A DNA stretch of 64,000 nucleotides from Amoebophrya sp. A120 (lineage: Eukaryota > Protista > Dinoflagellata): assembly GCA_905178155.1 (NCBI GenBank), contig CAJINV010000001.1:2656089-2720088 (forward strand). Reading direction: 5' to 3'. The position numbers were made by a program, and so were the translations under genes. The notes under the pieces were generated by a model. It had not been told where the DNA came from and ran no database searches. It saw only the letters and a list, made by a program, of their open reading frames with translations. Shown here piece by piece: positions 45,001 through 55,725 of the stretch. Numbering within the stretch: the first letter of the stretch is position 1; the number at the start of each line of letters is the position of its first letter.

Positions 45001-46654
45001 GTTCCTCCAGAGAACGGCTAGCAAGATGCGATCTTCGTGCAGCTTCAAGGACGTGGACGCGAGGCGAAGAAAGGTAGAGGAACATGCGGCTGCGAAAATT
45101 TCATCTGTTTGTAGTGGAGCGACAAAGCATCTTTCCGTCCGGGAGTTGCTGCTGCAGAAATTTGACATTTATTCCTGTTCATCTACTCAAGAAAGTGAAA
45201 TTAACACCAACGCAACTACATCTGCCCTTTCCCCAGACCCAGACCCTACAGGAGAAGACACAAAAAGCCGCAAAAAAGCCGCCGGGAATTTATTTTCTGG
45301 CAACACCAGCGGAAATTATAGCAGCGAGAACTTTTTCAGTCCAAACGCCAAAAAGTCATCGTCAAGGGCGTCAGAGAAGAACGTCGCGACTTTTTTGGCT
45401 TCGCGGCGGAGTCCCGATATTGTCGCGGGTGTAGGACTGGACAACTTGCCAGATTCCGGTTCGCGCGGACAGCGCAACGTTGTGCCCGCGCATCTCGGGG
45501 GTATCAACCTCGCTTCCCGCACGTTTTGGGCGCAGGGCGGTAATGGTGGTCACGAGGGTAGAAGCACTTCTGCACTGCAGAATGTCGTCGCTTTCGCGCT
45601 CGGTGATGCAGAATCCGACAAAAGGCGAGATTTGTTGTTGGACAGCTGGTTCGAAGAGTATGAAGTAAACTACTGGACGGCCTTGCACGAACTTGTGTCT
45701 GAATTGGCCTTCCTGAAAGAAGAAGAAGATGAAGGTGCCACTGGAGCGGCTTCTGGAAGTGGGTCATTCGCGGCCTATTGCAGGGCGGGACTACAACTAG
45801 CAGCAGAAGTCGACCACAAAACCCTGGTGTCCGATCAACGCGCAGAGGAGCGGCGGTGGTTGTTATCGCGCATTCGGGCGGAACTCCTGGACGACGGTTG
45901 GCGGGCAACACAGTGCTTGAATGCGTTCGTTTGGTGCTTCGGTCCACGTGGTCGACGAGATAAAACGGAGTGCGAACAAGAGGAGGAACTTCTTCTCACC
46001 GCTGCAGCAGAGAAAACGATAAGGGACCGCATCGAAAACATCACTAAGCAGCGCCGATGCGATTTCGGAAATCGGGACGGCGCCTATGCGTCACACGGAC
46101 CAGCACGGCAGCGAATGCTGGAGGAGCGGCTACAGGAGTACTGCGAGTTTGTGTTGCTGCTTTGCAAGCGCACAAATGGGACGAGTGCCGGAGCTCCATC
46201 AGGGTCAGATGCGAAATTGCGACGCGATCTTCCGAAATTCGCCGAACGAACCATCGATTTTTCCGGGTGCAGCACAGATTTTCGTTGTAGCAGAACGGCA
46301 GACGCGAACCTCTTGAGCAACGCCTTGCGCAGTGACTACCTTCCACCAATCCATTGTGTAAGGAATAGCCTAGGATGCTACAGCTCTCGAAGCAAAAAGG
46401 CCAGACTTGAGCAGAGCATTGCTTCACGATCAGTGTTGCATCACGATGATCATAGCGAGGACATTCAGGATTTGCTTTCATCTGAGAAGCTGCGCAAGTG
46501 CTTGCTGGATGGCCAAACGTCAGATCAGACACCACATCTCGCAGACCTAAGGATCATAGATGTTTGTCGATCTGTCTTGGCGGGTGACACATATGACAAT
46601 CCGAACACTTCTCTAATACGCACCAAAGCAAACGAAAGCCAAATCCGTTTGTAG
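42041..46654 (+). CDS. Ser/Thr protein kinase, CK1/TTBK-like, with long C-terminal extension
   Basis: LGIGGFGSVY, FAIKV, HGDVKPEN, LADFG, GFRGTVNYSS and DDIFGLFY..GALPW. Confidence 0.85.
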   Translation: MMVPSSPRQQQPPQRLKETCEAASALSSGPATKRRKLETTLAFPALSRANPKISNSIVLGEEKLDQQTRSQVASSESPANVTSNGAAVSPSQLDAYLQQPVTRVHFLSPETEKELQSLVAKYRPKSVVPDATDPLLEDPGFPEGLRNTLQKFNWTIEKRLGIGGFGSVYRCFETTDKNTSSKVRWTRTRRHFAIKVGKLLHLRQGPAPGQHKKNAKKVATPIPPIAAAARRRLEDFPLREEREILQKIGERFGSHVRNIVQIAEKAVAFGNGDTADRPDFFIMPLCEYEVGHLRLLLRRFSVPLTTWLGSQVLRALDHVHRSDFVHGDVKPENLLLKLNENRVLYVVLADFGMTSAHDPERARKRDGDHGKNKAPVISAASGSSNDVLRDHAGDGDHADAVPAADSSPVVSEQRAETPRIRRSPASTSSAEDHPQSLVGSGSRSNPVKNAPVGFRGTVNYSSIDVLGIKPATVVDDIFGLFYVLLECIWGALPWFRQRDQEPLKRVQARKRKLDLHKELCKIGITRTTSGAAGNPGNPAQRQQLDPDPVPPAVFQFPQCEVRQNKSTGAHYEDLLYQDVEKTPTASGRNLQPYSVTTRQWAESVPNNLLRVYLQACKDRVVFWDPGQEEPKDFPVNERGLDVEQLQAGKEPEAVVGTADVYFDRVAEEGAAREGASGQPEEDDFLAALFDTTNRDRSLEEILASSNVQPETGKKLEEHQLVEDTGIVKEEPREEQERTGKEEIKDLEDGRKQDVVAPSSVIVSSDDSESKVPHSGYLDMRAYRELMREGVFESDLVVSAWVQDFEDGRAIRKIAEPHCSRCTLQEAGRGNLVRPFGERKPGSCQEDNSENGREYYLYLDPIPPAHQLCYTAKGAPLCLLEYQREVDRLYFERSLFTRYLSPRTGLTSYNLRPASYIAARGNSCDLRISTVITTRRSNRGSGSNINKDGASNNSPWTSSVEEYENETDFRLNTVEAQYFRLDLEFRGLFLQRTASKMRSSCSFKDVDARRRKVEEHAAAKISSVCSGATKHLSVRELLLQKFDIYSCSSTQESEINTNATTSALSPDPDPTGEDTKSRKKAAGNLFSGNTSGNYSSENFFSPNAKKSSSRASEKNVATFLASRRSPDIVAGVGLDNLPDSGSRGQRNVVPAHLGGINLASRTFWAQGGNGGHEGRSTSALQNVVAFALGDAESDKRRDLLLDSWFEEYEVNYWTALHELVSELAFLKEEEDEGATGAASGSGSFAAYCRAGLQLAAEVDHKTLVSDQRAEERRWLLSRIRAELLDDGWRATQCLNAFVWCFGPRGRRDKTECEQEEELLLTAAAEKTIRDRIENITKQRRCDFGNRDGAYASHGPARQRMLEERLQEYCEFVLLLCKRTNGTSAGAPSGSDAKLRRDLPKFAERTIDFSGCSTDFRCSRTADANLLSNALRSDYLPPIHCVRNSLGCYSSRSKKARLEQSIASRSVLHHDDHSEDIQDLLSSEKLRKCLLDGQTSDQTPHLADLRIIDVCRSVLAGDTYDNPNTSLIRTKANESQIRL

Positions 46655-46896
46655 GAGAGTCATCTCGATGTTGCCATGCAACGACACGTGCGCGGCGCGC
46701 ACGCCATGCTAGTGCTATTTTCTTGTTCTGGTCTTGTTCCCATTGCAAAGACAGCTACGGAGGAGGCGGCGCTCTGAGTGAATTACTTACTTATTGCCTG
46801 AAGGCCACAGTTCTTTGGTATAGTGTGATAGATGTACGTTGGATGAAGTTACACTTACAGTCAGATACAGGTTTGATTTGTGGACCCGAGACGAGG

Positions 46897-48219
46897 ATGG
46901 AGACTGTTCTTGCAAGCTTGGCCCCGTGGCGCTCTGCGCTTGTGCACTTAGTGAAAGTTTGTTTCGAAATTCTGCTAGAGTTTCTGCCAAAATATGGCGA
47001 TGGAACAAGCACAGAGGCGCAACCAGCAGGAACTGCGCGCTCGGTGAATGGGTGGTCAGCTGTGCCAGCAAAGAACGGCAATACGGACTCCTCATCCTGT
47101 CCTCCGCCGAGAGAGCCTGCTGGAGTGCTAACGACCAGCATGGTGGAGACGAGTGGTCAAAAGGCAAGAGCAGACTCGACCAGTGCCGTGGATCTGACAA
47201 ATCCGGCACTTACAAAAAACCCCGACCACATCGCCTACTGGCTGAGCCGAGGGCATGGTGCGATGCCCGCCCCTTACGTAGTCGCCGCCGAGCGAGCGCG
47301 TCTCGCCGCAGAAAAGAAAGCGGCTTCTACCGGTGCTTCCTCAGGAGCCAACCGGGCTGCGCAGCTGAACCCAGCCCACGAACTCTACTGGAAGGCGCGC
47401 GGAAGGAAGGGAATTCCGTCTGCTGAGGAGGTCGAAGCTGAGATCCGCAAGATTTCTGAAAAGCGAAAGCTTCGCGGTCCGGGCGGAAACAAAGGAGACC
47501 AGCTGAACCCGCAACACGATACCTACTGGGAAACACGGGCAGCGCGCAGGCCATCGCAAGAGGACATTGAGGAGCTAGTGAACCAAAACCAAGCTGATCG
47601 TGCAGTGCACACGCAGGCGTGTCAGGTCGCGGCGCGCACTGCGGAGGAAAAGAAGGCGATCGGGCGCGACACCGATAGAATTGTGAAAATTTTACAGCGT
47701 ATTGTTCCGAAATGCGAGGTCCGCAAGGCAGGGTCGCAATCCAAGGGCACCAATGTGCGTGGAAGCGACTTGGACTTGCGAGTCACGGTCCCGGAAAAAG
47801 TTTCGGAGGTGGGGATCACGTCTGCACAGTGGGAGAAGCTTGTGGGAGAGTTGGAGAGTGCGGAGTTTTCAGTCGAAATCGGGAAAAAGGTGCTCAAGAT
47901 CACCAATGCTGCGTGTGACATCGAAATTGTCCCGAACCGCGCGGAGCACATTCCTGATGGAGTAGGCTGGAAGCAGCGTCTGGTGAACCCCAATCAGTTC
48001 AAGAATAATCCGAAAGCGCAAGCTGCAGTGCGCGTTCTGAAAGACGAGGGGGCGGGGGAAAAATTCAGAATGAAGAGCTACGAAATCGAAAAGCACGTCA
48101 TCCGCTTACAGCAAGCGAACCCCAAGGCGTCTTCCGCGGAGTTGGTCCGGCTGTTTTACGAGGGGAGCGGGTCGTCTGCCGCTTCTGCGGCATCCCTGTC
48201 CGCCTCAGCATCAGGGTGA
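46897..48219 (+). CDS. Pol-beta-fold nucleotidyltransferase of OAS/CD-NTase (cGAS-like/SMODS) type with N-terminal repeats; start uncertain (46897 or 47140)
   Basis: AGSQSKGTNVRGSDLDL, DIEIVP, AVRVLK and KSYEIE. Three NPxHxxYWxxR repeats. Confidence 0.75.
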   Translation: METVLASLAPWRSALVHLVKVCFEILLEFLPKYGDGTSTEAQPAGTARSVNGWSAVPAKNGNTDSSSCPPPREPAGVLTTSMVETSGQKARADSTSAVDLTNPALTKNPDHIAYWLSRGHGAMPAPYVVAAERARLAAEKKAASTGASSGANRAAQLNPAHELYWKARGRKGIPSAEEVEAEIRKISEKRKLRGPGGNKGDQLNPQHDTYWETRAARRPSQEDIEELVNQNQADRAVHTQACQVAARTAEEKKAIGRDTDRIVKILQRIVPKCEVRKAGSQSKGTNVRGSDLDLRVTVPEKVSEVGITSAQWEKLVGELESAEFSVEIGKKVLKITNAACDIEIVPNRAEHIPDGVGWKQRLVNPNQFKNNPKAQAAVRVLKDEGAGEKFRMKSYEIEKHVIRLQQANPKASSAELVRLFYEGSGSSAASAASLSASASG

Positions 48220-48795
48220 GTAAGTAGCAGGTAGATGTGTGGTACGTGCCTCCTTTTATCTATCATGTACAATCCTTAAGGGCAGCGACACTGGTTACTA
48301 GAATCAAAACAGCTCTATTGCGACAATTGTACGATTTTTTGCCTTTGGCTAAAACGAATCTGAGTAACAAATATGCGAGCATATTGGCGCATCTATCCGA
48401 TCGACCTTACAATCGTCCTGTATCTCGTCAGATCATGGACTGTGATTGTTTTTCGCATTCTTCAGTTTGTTGGGTTCCACACATGAGCGCACTCTTCTTG
48501 TCACTGAGCAGACTCTCAAATCGACACAAGAAGTGCAAGGATGGTGCAATAAATGGAGTTGTGAAAAAGTTTAAAAAGGAACAAAAGCTAACTCGTGAGA
48601 GAATTCGTGAGGGAGACAAATCATTTCATGAACTTACAAAAATTTTCCATCTCAATATAGATAAGTGTATCCTCCCTATGCGAGGAGGACACGGACTCGC
48701 GAGCAGAAAGCCGCGGTAGTCGGTACAATCACCAAGTAGACTGACACTAATTTTTCCATACATGTCAAAGTAAACCACTTGACATCAAGAAGAAG

Positions 48796-51700
48796 ATGGA
48801 CGAGCTCGAGGTTGAAGAGTTTTCGGACGACTTCGAACTGGACGAGAGTCTGGAGCTGCCGAAGCCGAAAGACCTCTCCCAGCGCGAAGAGGACAAGTCC
48901 GGGTCGGAGTCGCTGCGCTTCGACGATTTCGCCGGCGGGGCGTCCCCACCTGGTGCGATCACGGACAAAACAGAGGAGGACCAACCGGGAGATGCGGTGT
49001 TCGGGCTGCAGTTGCAGTATGAAAAGGAAAAATCCCCCCTCCCCATATCAAAACGGAAATCTGTGATGCTGGATTTGCGTACACAAATCAGATTTGTATT
49101 GCAGGAAGGCATTGCGACCAGATCCCCAGGCTAGCTAGGGGCGTATGGGTCTAGTAGTTCAGCATTGCAAACGGCTGACCTTTAGGCCCAACAGCATGAC
49201 AAATCGCTTCCATAATGGGGCGGAAGCTTCTGCCCTTGTCTTCTTGCAAGACAAATGCGATTTGTGACCTCAAATCAGCAACGCAAATTCTCGGCAAGAT
49301 ACCTTTTCGATATGGGGAGGGGGGATTTTTCCTCTCAATATACAGGAAGATGACACGATTCTTGCGGACAATATGCAGGGTAAGAAGCTCGACTTCGATC
49401 CCTCACCGGTCGACGAGGACGAGGATTTTGGTGGTCGACAAGAGGAGAAAGCACCCGCGGCGAAAAAGGACGAATTTGCTGATTTTCTTGACGCGCTTTC
49501 GGACGACGACGCAAACAGCGACGACGCGGGAATTTTCGGTGTCGGAATCGTCGGAAAGGCAGCCGTCGACGCAACAGCATCTTCAAAACCTGTTTCGGAG
49601 GAGAAATCTTCAGCACAAGTAGAACTGCAGCAGTCCAAAGCCTCCTCACCCGCCGGCGAAAGAAAAAATGAGGACACGGCGGTCGTCACTCCATTGACGG
49701 CGTTGGAAGTAGATCAAGCACACGGCAGCAAGGTGGAAGAGGTTGAGGATTCGTTCCACATCCCACGGGTCAAGGAGGAAGGGAAGAAGAGCAGGAGGTT
49801 TGAGGAAGCAAAGAAGGACGACCTCACGAGCAATTCCTCCGAAACGGGGACGCTGGGGAGCAAGGGCCCCGGGCGGCGCGGGCGCAGGCAATCGGGCGGC
49901 GGCGAGCCGGAACCGGACCGCGCGAAGTTGGATTTCGATTTGGACGCTGCTTTGGGGATCGTGAAGAAGGAAGATGATGATCCGGTGAAACCTTTATTTG
50001 CGGTCGAAATAAATCAGGAAGACAAGAAGACAAAGCCGTCCACTTCCTCCCCGGTAGAGGACGAGATCATAAAGTTCGAGAGTGTTTCCGAGGAGGAAAT
50101 AGTCTCTGCGTCGAAAGTGGACGTAACTTCCGACCTTGCGAGCCGATCGAACGCCGGCGGGCTTACGCCGAAGAGCGAATCTAGCAGCAGGTTCGCCCGG
50201 GCCGCGACGAAGAGAGCCATCCCGGAAGAGGACTTGCCGCGATCGTCCGCCTCCTCCGCCTCCGGAGGCGATCGCGTGAATAAAGGCGGGCTGAACAGTG
50301 CAGAGAACAACTTCACCTCGGGGGAAACGAAATCTGTCGTCATCGGCTCCACAAGCGAGGCTGATCTCTTCACTCTCTTGCCGGCGAGTGGGACGAGCAC
50401 TGGAGTTGCTGGCACTGCGCCAGGAATCGTTCTCGGCGGACCGATCATGCGTGGGCCCATGGCGAGGGCGGCCGGGGGAGAAAAGGAAAACCAGACTTCA
50501 AGTGGTACGAAGCCTTCAGTAACGGTTCTCGGGGCGGACGACAGCGGAAGTGGCGCAAGTGCTGCGGTGGACGAGCAGAAGAAGGAACAACCACAAGCTG
50601 TTCGTGTTCCAACAATTGGTCTTCCGGAGCCCCCAGCAGTAGTTGGGTCGTCCAGTACTAACAGCAACGTGCAAATCGGATCGGTCTCCGAATCGGACCT
50701 CTACAGCCTCGGGCCGACGACCGGTGGCGATGAAAAACAGGATATCGACTTCACGTCATTGTTGAAGCAGAAGCCGAAGCGCACGTTTCAGTCTACGAAC
50801 CAGTCCAGCACGTCTATCAACAGTGAGTCGCACCCGTCGCAGCACACGAACTCGCAGCAAACCACGTCGCAGGGCACTCCTTTGTCCCCCGGCAGCGGGA
50901 AGTTCGTGGAACGGCGCGACGTATCAAATGCAAAAATGTCTGGGTCTGGAAGAGTGCATGTTTGTCATGCTTGTATGGCATGACTCGAGAATCTGTGTTG
51001 CATAGGCACGAAAACGCCCTCTTACCTGTCATGCAAAGACGTAGTTTGCCATGCGGAATACGTAAGACATGGCAGCCACAAAAATTGTCATGCGTAGCTG
51101 CGTATTGCAGTGCGTCTATCATTCACTTTTAGCATTACAAGTTTCCTCCAGACCCAGACATATTTGCAATTCATACGACGTCGGGATCAACTACATGCAG
51201 CCGTACCGGGAGGGCGGGCCCCGGGTCCATTCCCCCGGTAACCACAGTAAATTTCCCGTACACGTACACATGCGTTATGCGGTGTCTGCATGACAAAAAT
51301 TGGCTTCCATCCTAGTCTAGCATGACAAGTTTTACGCTTTAAATTTGTGAAATTTGTGATGCATCTTGTACATGTACGGGAAATTTGTATTGCATACCCG
51401 GCATGGCACCCCCACTGGTCGGGGAGAGCAGCACGGCGACCTCCAGCTTTGTTTCCTCCGAGCCCGCGCGTGTGGTCGCGGAAGAGCCGGGCATGCGACC
51501 CGCGAGGGACGAAACGAATGTTGCGAAGAACAAATCAACCAATTCCCGTGCAGCAGGAGCGCGGACGGTTGCCAGCACTGGAGGCGACGCAGTGGAAATC
51601 GCGGAGGAGATCGAAGGGGCTTCGTCAGGGGAGTCGGTGAACATTGGTGCGGGGGCACCACAGATGAACAAACCGCGGCAGAAACGGCCGGGACTTGTTG

Positions 51701-54300
51701 AGTCGCGGCCGCCGGCAGCCTTCTCGACGCGAAACAACGTCGTCGCCAGCAGTGGGGCAGGGAGGAGGAAGCAGGGCGGCGGGATTTTGAAAAACAAAGA
51801 CGACCCGGCAGGAGGACCAGCTCCGGTGCAGCAAGTGGTACCCGCGACGAGGGCGGTGGATGGCAAGCCGCAACAAGCTGGTGGTGCTGTAGCAGGGGCG
51901 GGGAAAAAGCCACCGGAACCGGCGGGGAACCTGGAGAAAACAGGTAGAGGAAATAAAGTCGTGTGTAGTGATGTTGCTTCTGCGTGTATGTGCATCTCTT
52001 AGAATTGGATTTAGTTATGGTTTGTCTTTCTATGATCTACCGTTGGCGTTGGATGAAATAATTTGCAGGCAAATCGCAATCCGGGACTTCACTTGCTTCC
52101 CTTGGATACTCTGAAGACTTCGAAGTGCCCTCCGACGCGACTCCTGAGGACGGTCCGAGCCGCTCGTCATCGAAGGGCACTACGGGCGAGGGCGGGATAG
52201 TGGTAGACACCATGCATGATAGTTTCTTTTTCACCTCGGAAGGTCGCATGGCGTCGATGCATTTTTGGACGAGAGTGTTGCCGTTATGTTGTTGCTAGAG
52301 TGTTCAGATCTTCTGAATGTCGGATACAACAGAGCGCAAATTAAAAAATCAAGGTGATCTCCCAACAATCAAACCCCACGTCAACACGACCACGGCGACC
52401 TGCCGCGCAGCTCCCGACCACTAATTCCACCCCGGCTGCCCCGTCTAAGCCGCGACAGCCGGTAGCCCAGCAATCCCAGCAGCCGCCCACTACGATTGTG
52501 GCGTCGCGGGTGAACGGGCCCAGTCGGAAGGGCATCGCAAACTTCAAAGCGCCCGCGCCGGTCGTGGCGAAAGACGTTCCACGACGGGGGCGCAGTAAGG
52601 ACGCCGAGCAGGGGGTCATTCTCACTGCTGAGAACGCGCGGAACGTGCTGCGACCGACCAAACCGGGGCAGAAACGGCCCTTGGGGGTGATGAGGGGCGG
52701 CACGCGGCAAAGTCGACCGACGTCGAGCTCGTCGGCACAGGACGACGCGTCAATACAGTCGGTGACCGTGCAAGAACTGCCGAAAGTAGGGAGCGACAGG
52801 TTCTTTCGAAAGAGATTGTCGTTCTTTTTTGTTCAAGGAAGTCACATAGTAAGTAGAAAAGTTCTCAACAGGTTGTGCCAGAACCACTGTACTTACAACC
52901 GAGAGCAACCATAGAATTGCTCAACCTAGGTAGCAGAAAGGATCAACCTGCTATGCAAGAACTTTATTTATTTCTATTCCGCAGTCCTCGTCCAATCACT
53001 TCTCCGGGTCGCAAATCGCCAACCGACACGGGTATCAATGTCGAAAACGTCGACCCGGCCTGGCTCCCGCCCCGCTACCAACATGTGGCCGAGAAAGTTA
53101 TGGCGACCTGTGCTGAGGAAGGCTACACCAGCCCGCCACGCAGTCCCGGGCATCAGAATCATAAATCCGGAGAAGGCCGGCCGCACCGGCCCGGCACGTC
53201 ACACCGACCCAGGACGGCGTCCGCAAATGCGGAGTTGCAGCAAGAGAGCGTAGATCCGGATGTTAGTGTCACCGTGGATGGCGAGGGAGGAGATGCCAGT
53301 ACTACTTCGCGCGCTGGACGGAGCAAGAGCGCCGAGCCGGGGGAGACCAGCGCCGCGCAGGAGCGGCTGGCGCCCAAAGATCAGCGGCCGGGATCGTCGT
53401 TACCGCGGGCCAGGAGTGAGAAACCGAGTCAGCACGCCTCGTCGGACGTACTGGTTTGCTTTTTGGAGAAGTTTATGGCTGTTAGAATCTGAGCCTGATG
53501 CTGAGTATGCTATGAATCTGTTTGTCTCGTCATCTTTTTACTTTCGCATCAGAAATGTGTTATTTACGATGTTTGTTGCAACTACAACAGAGCGGCGCAG
53601 TGAACTGGAAACACGAGAAGTCGTATGGAGAGCAATACGTGCCGCCCTCGTATAGATTTTTTGTGATACTACACCTGCTCTAATGTCGTGCCTGGTGTTG
53701 GAGTTGGTGTTTGTCTATGCCGGTGCGAGAACCACGCGGAACTTCCCCATTGAAGGTCGGGTGTAGAAGTAAAAAGTACGGACATAGCCTCAATTACAAT
53801 TATCCAGGTCCGCGGTCACCTCCGCCAAGTCGCCGAAGCGGGCGAGGAAGGAGAAACTCCCCGACTTCATCCGGATGCAGAAGGCCATCGACAAAGCGCG
53901 GAAGCAGCACGTGCTTGCGGAATTGCAGCAGATGCTGAACGAGACCTGGCGGCACGACAAGCAAGTGAAAATGCGGCAGCTGAAGCAGCAGTGGGACGAC
54001 CAGCGCCAGGAACAGCTGCGCCTTCAGACAGAAGAGAAAAAGCGCCGCATCCAGGAGATCGAGGCCGAACGAAAAAATTACGTGGACAAGCAGTTACGGG
54101 ACCGGCAGAACTACTTGCGGCGGAGGGAAGAGGAGCGGAAACGCAAAGAAGCCGAGCAGAGACGATTCGCAGACTTGCAGCGGGTGTACGACGATAACCT
54201 GCGCAAGGAAAAGCTGAAGGTCGCAGAACGGGAACGGGAAAAGTATCGCGAGAAATACCGGAAAAAACTCAAATTTGTGATGCCGGACTGGATCGACTGA
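48796..54300 (+). CDS. Large low-complexity protein with C-terminal charged coiled coil; 3 introners and several canonical introns (e.g. 51944-52068, 52204-52353)
   Basis: In-frame joins QLQ|EDDT, RRD|VGIN, SPG|MAPP and EKT|GKSQ. Terminal coiled-coil ORF at 53875. Confidence 0.6.
49018..49340. mobile_element. Introner family C (323 bp)
   Basis: Family C TIRs. TSD TGCAG/TACAG. Confidence 0.93.
50922..51175. mobile_element. Introner family B (254 bp)
   Basis: TATCAAATGCAAAAATGTCTGGGTCTGGA...TCCAGACCCAGACATATTTGCAATTCATA. TSD CGACG. Confidence 0.93.
51239..51396. mobile_element. Introner family E (158 bp; left end TAA)
   Basis: TAACCACAGTAAATTTCCCGTACACGTACA...TGTACATGTACGGGAAATTTGTATTGCATA. 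TSD CCCGG. Confidence 0.9.
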
Positions 54301-55725
54301 ATGCATCCACACCTATCAGGATGTTTTGACAGCGCATGTCTACGCGGTGATGTCGGCCACAGCCGCATCTACTTACCTCTCGCTGGGGACTCCTCGTCGG
54401 ATGTTTCTAGTTCGACTACGAGGATTCCAATGAAACTGGACAAAAATAAAACTTTGATTTGACTGAAGTTCACTTGATAGTACTTATGAGTCTTGAAAGA
54501 AATGCAATTACACACATTTGATGCTTGAATGGTTTTTAGTAGTTTTTCTTTTTGAGGTTTGTCTGCTTTTTTATGAACCGCAGTGACTGATCAAAATGCA
54601 AATTTTTTTACACGAGCGATTTGCACTCGCCAAGCGTGGTTTCCCCGTTTTTTTGGGTCCATGTAGACGTCTTAGACGTCTTGTTTATTACAATGACATA
54701 CTGGTAGGTCGTTTCACTCGTTGTTTCGAATGTTCTTGCAATTGCAACAGCCCGCTTTGCTATTTTAGCAGCCTACTGTAAAATTTTGATGAGACCACAG
54801 CGAACGGCACTTTGTGCAACGTTTCGAGATGATACACAAACTTTTTTTTCGGAAATGAGCGCTAGCACTCATATCCAAGAAAACAAAGGGAGCAGAAAAA
54901 TGATAGGAACAAAACCAGTCACTCTTGGTGATTGCATAGCATTTATTCGCTTGAATCATGCAAGCGTTTCCCTGGTGTTTCGCACTTCCCATGCAAGAAC
55001 GGTCGAATATCTTGTCGCGTAGCGTTGAGGTTTTCCTGCCCAGAAACTAAAGAGTGATTGGAGTTTTGTCTACAGCGATCGAGCTGCAACAGCGATCGAG
55101 AGTAAGTCGAGAAGCGGAATGTGTGCGTGTGATGCGATGGTGCTGACACAGAATTAAGACTTTGATGCCCCTCTACCCTCGCTCGATTTGGTTTGAAAAA
55201 TTCGCAGTCCTAGTCATGCTTGCATTTTCCTTTTTCACTCTTGCTCTTTGGAAATAATGTCCCGTGTCGACGAAAATAATCCCTTCACCCGACGAAGAAT
55301 GTTACCTTTGTTGCTTGAATTCATGAAAAATGCATAGGTCAAATTTCACATTTTTTTAAAACTTCGCTCAATGCTGAAAGGGCGGCTGAGGTTGAATCAA
55401 TTTGGTTTGTTTAAGATTTTTTAGCTCTTCCTCTTTGGTGCGTACCTCATCTCCGTGAGTTGTAATATCGTGGGTGGAGCAAGTACTAGCAGCTATTTTG
55501 ACGAAGGCAAATTGAAATTCAAATTTCTTTCGGCGCAACGACTGGTCTGAGACTTTGCTCAAAGGGTTATTACCCCGTTGTGCTTCCTGAAGCTGAACTA
55601 AAGTGGTAGATTCTTGCAAAAAACCTTGGTTTGCATGAATCTCACACCGAGGCTTGGTTCCGTCAATCCCTATCCCCGTGCCGCGGCTTCAGCACTTGAA
55701 CAACGTCAACAGAGCGAAAAATACC

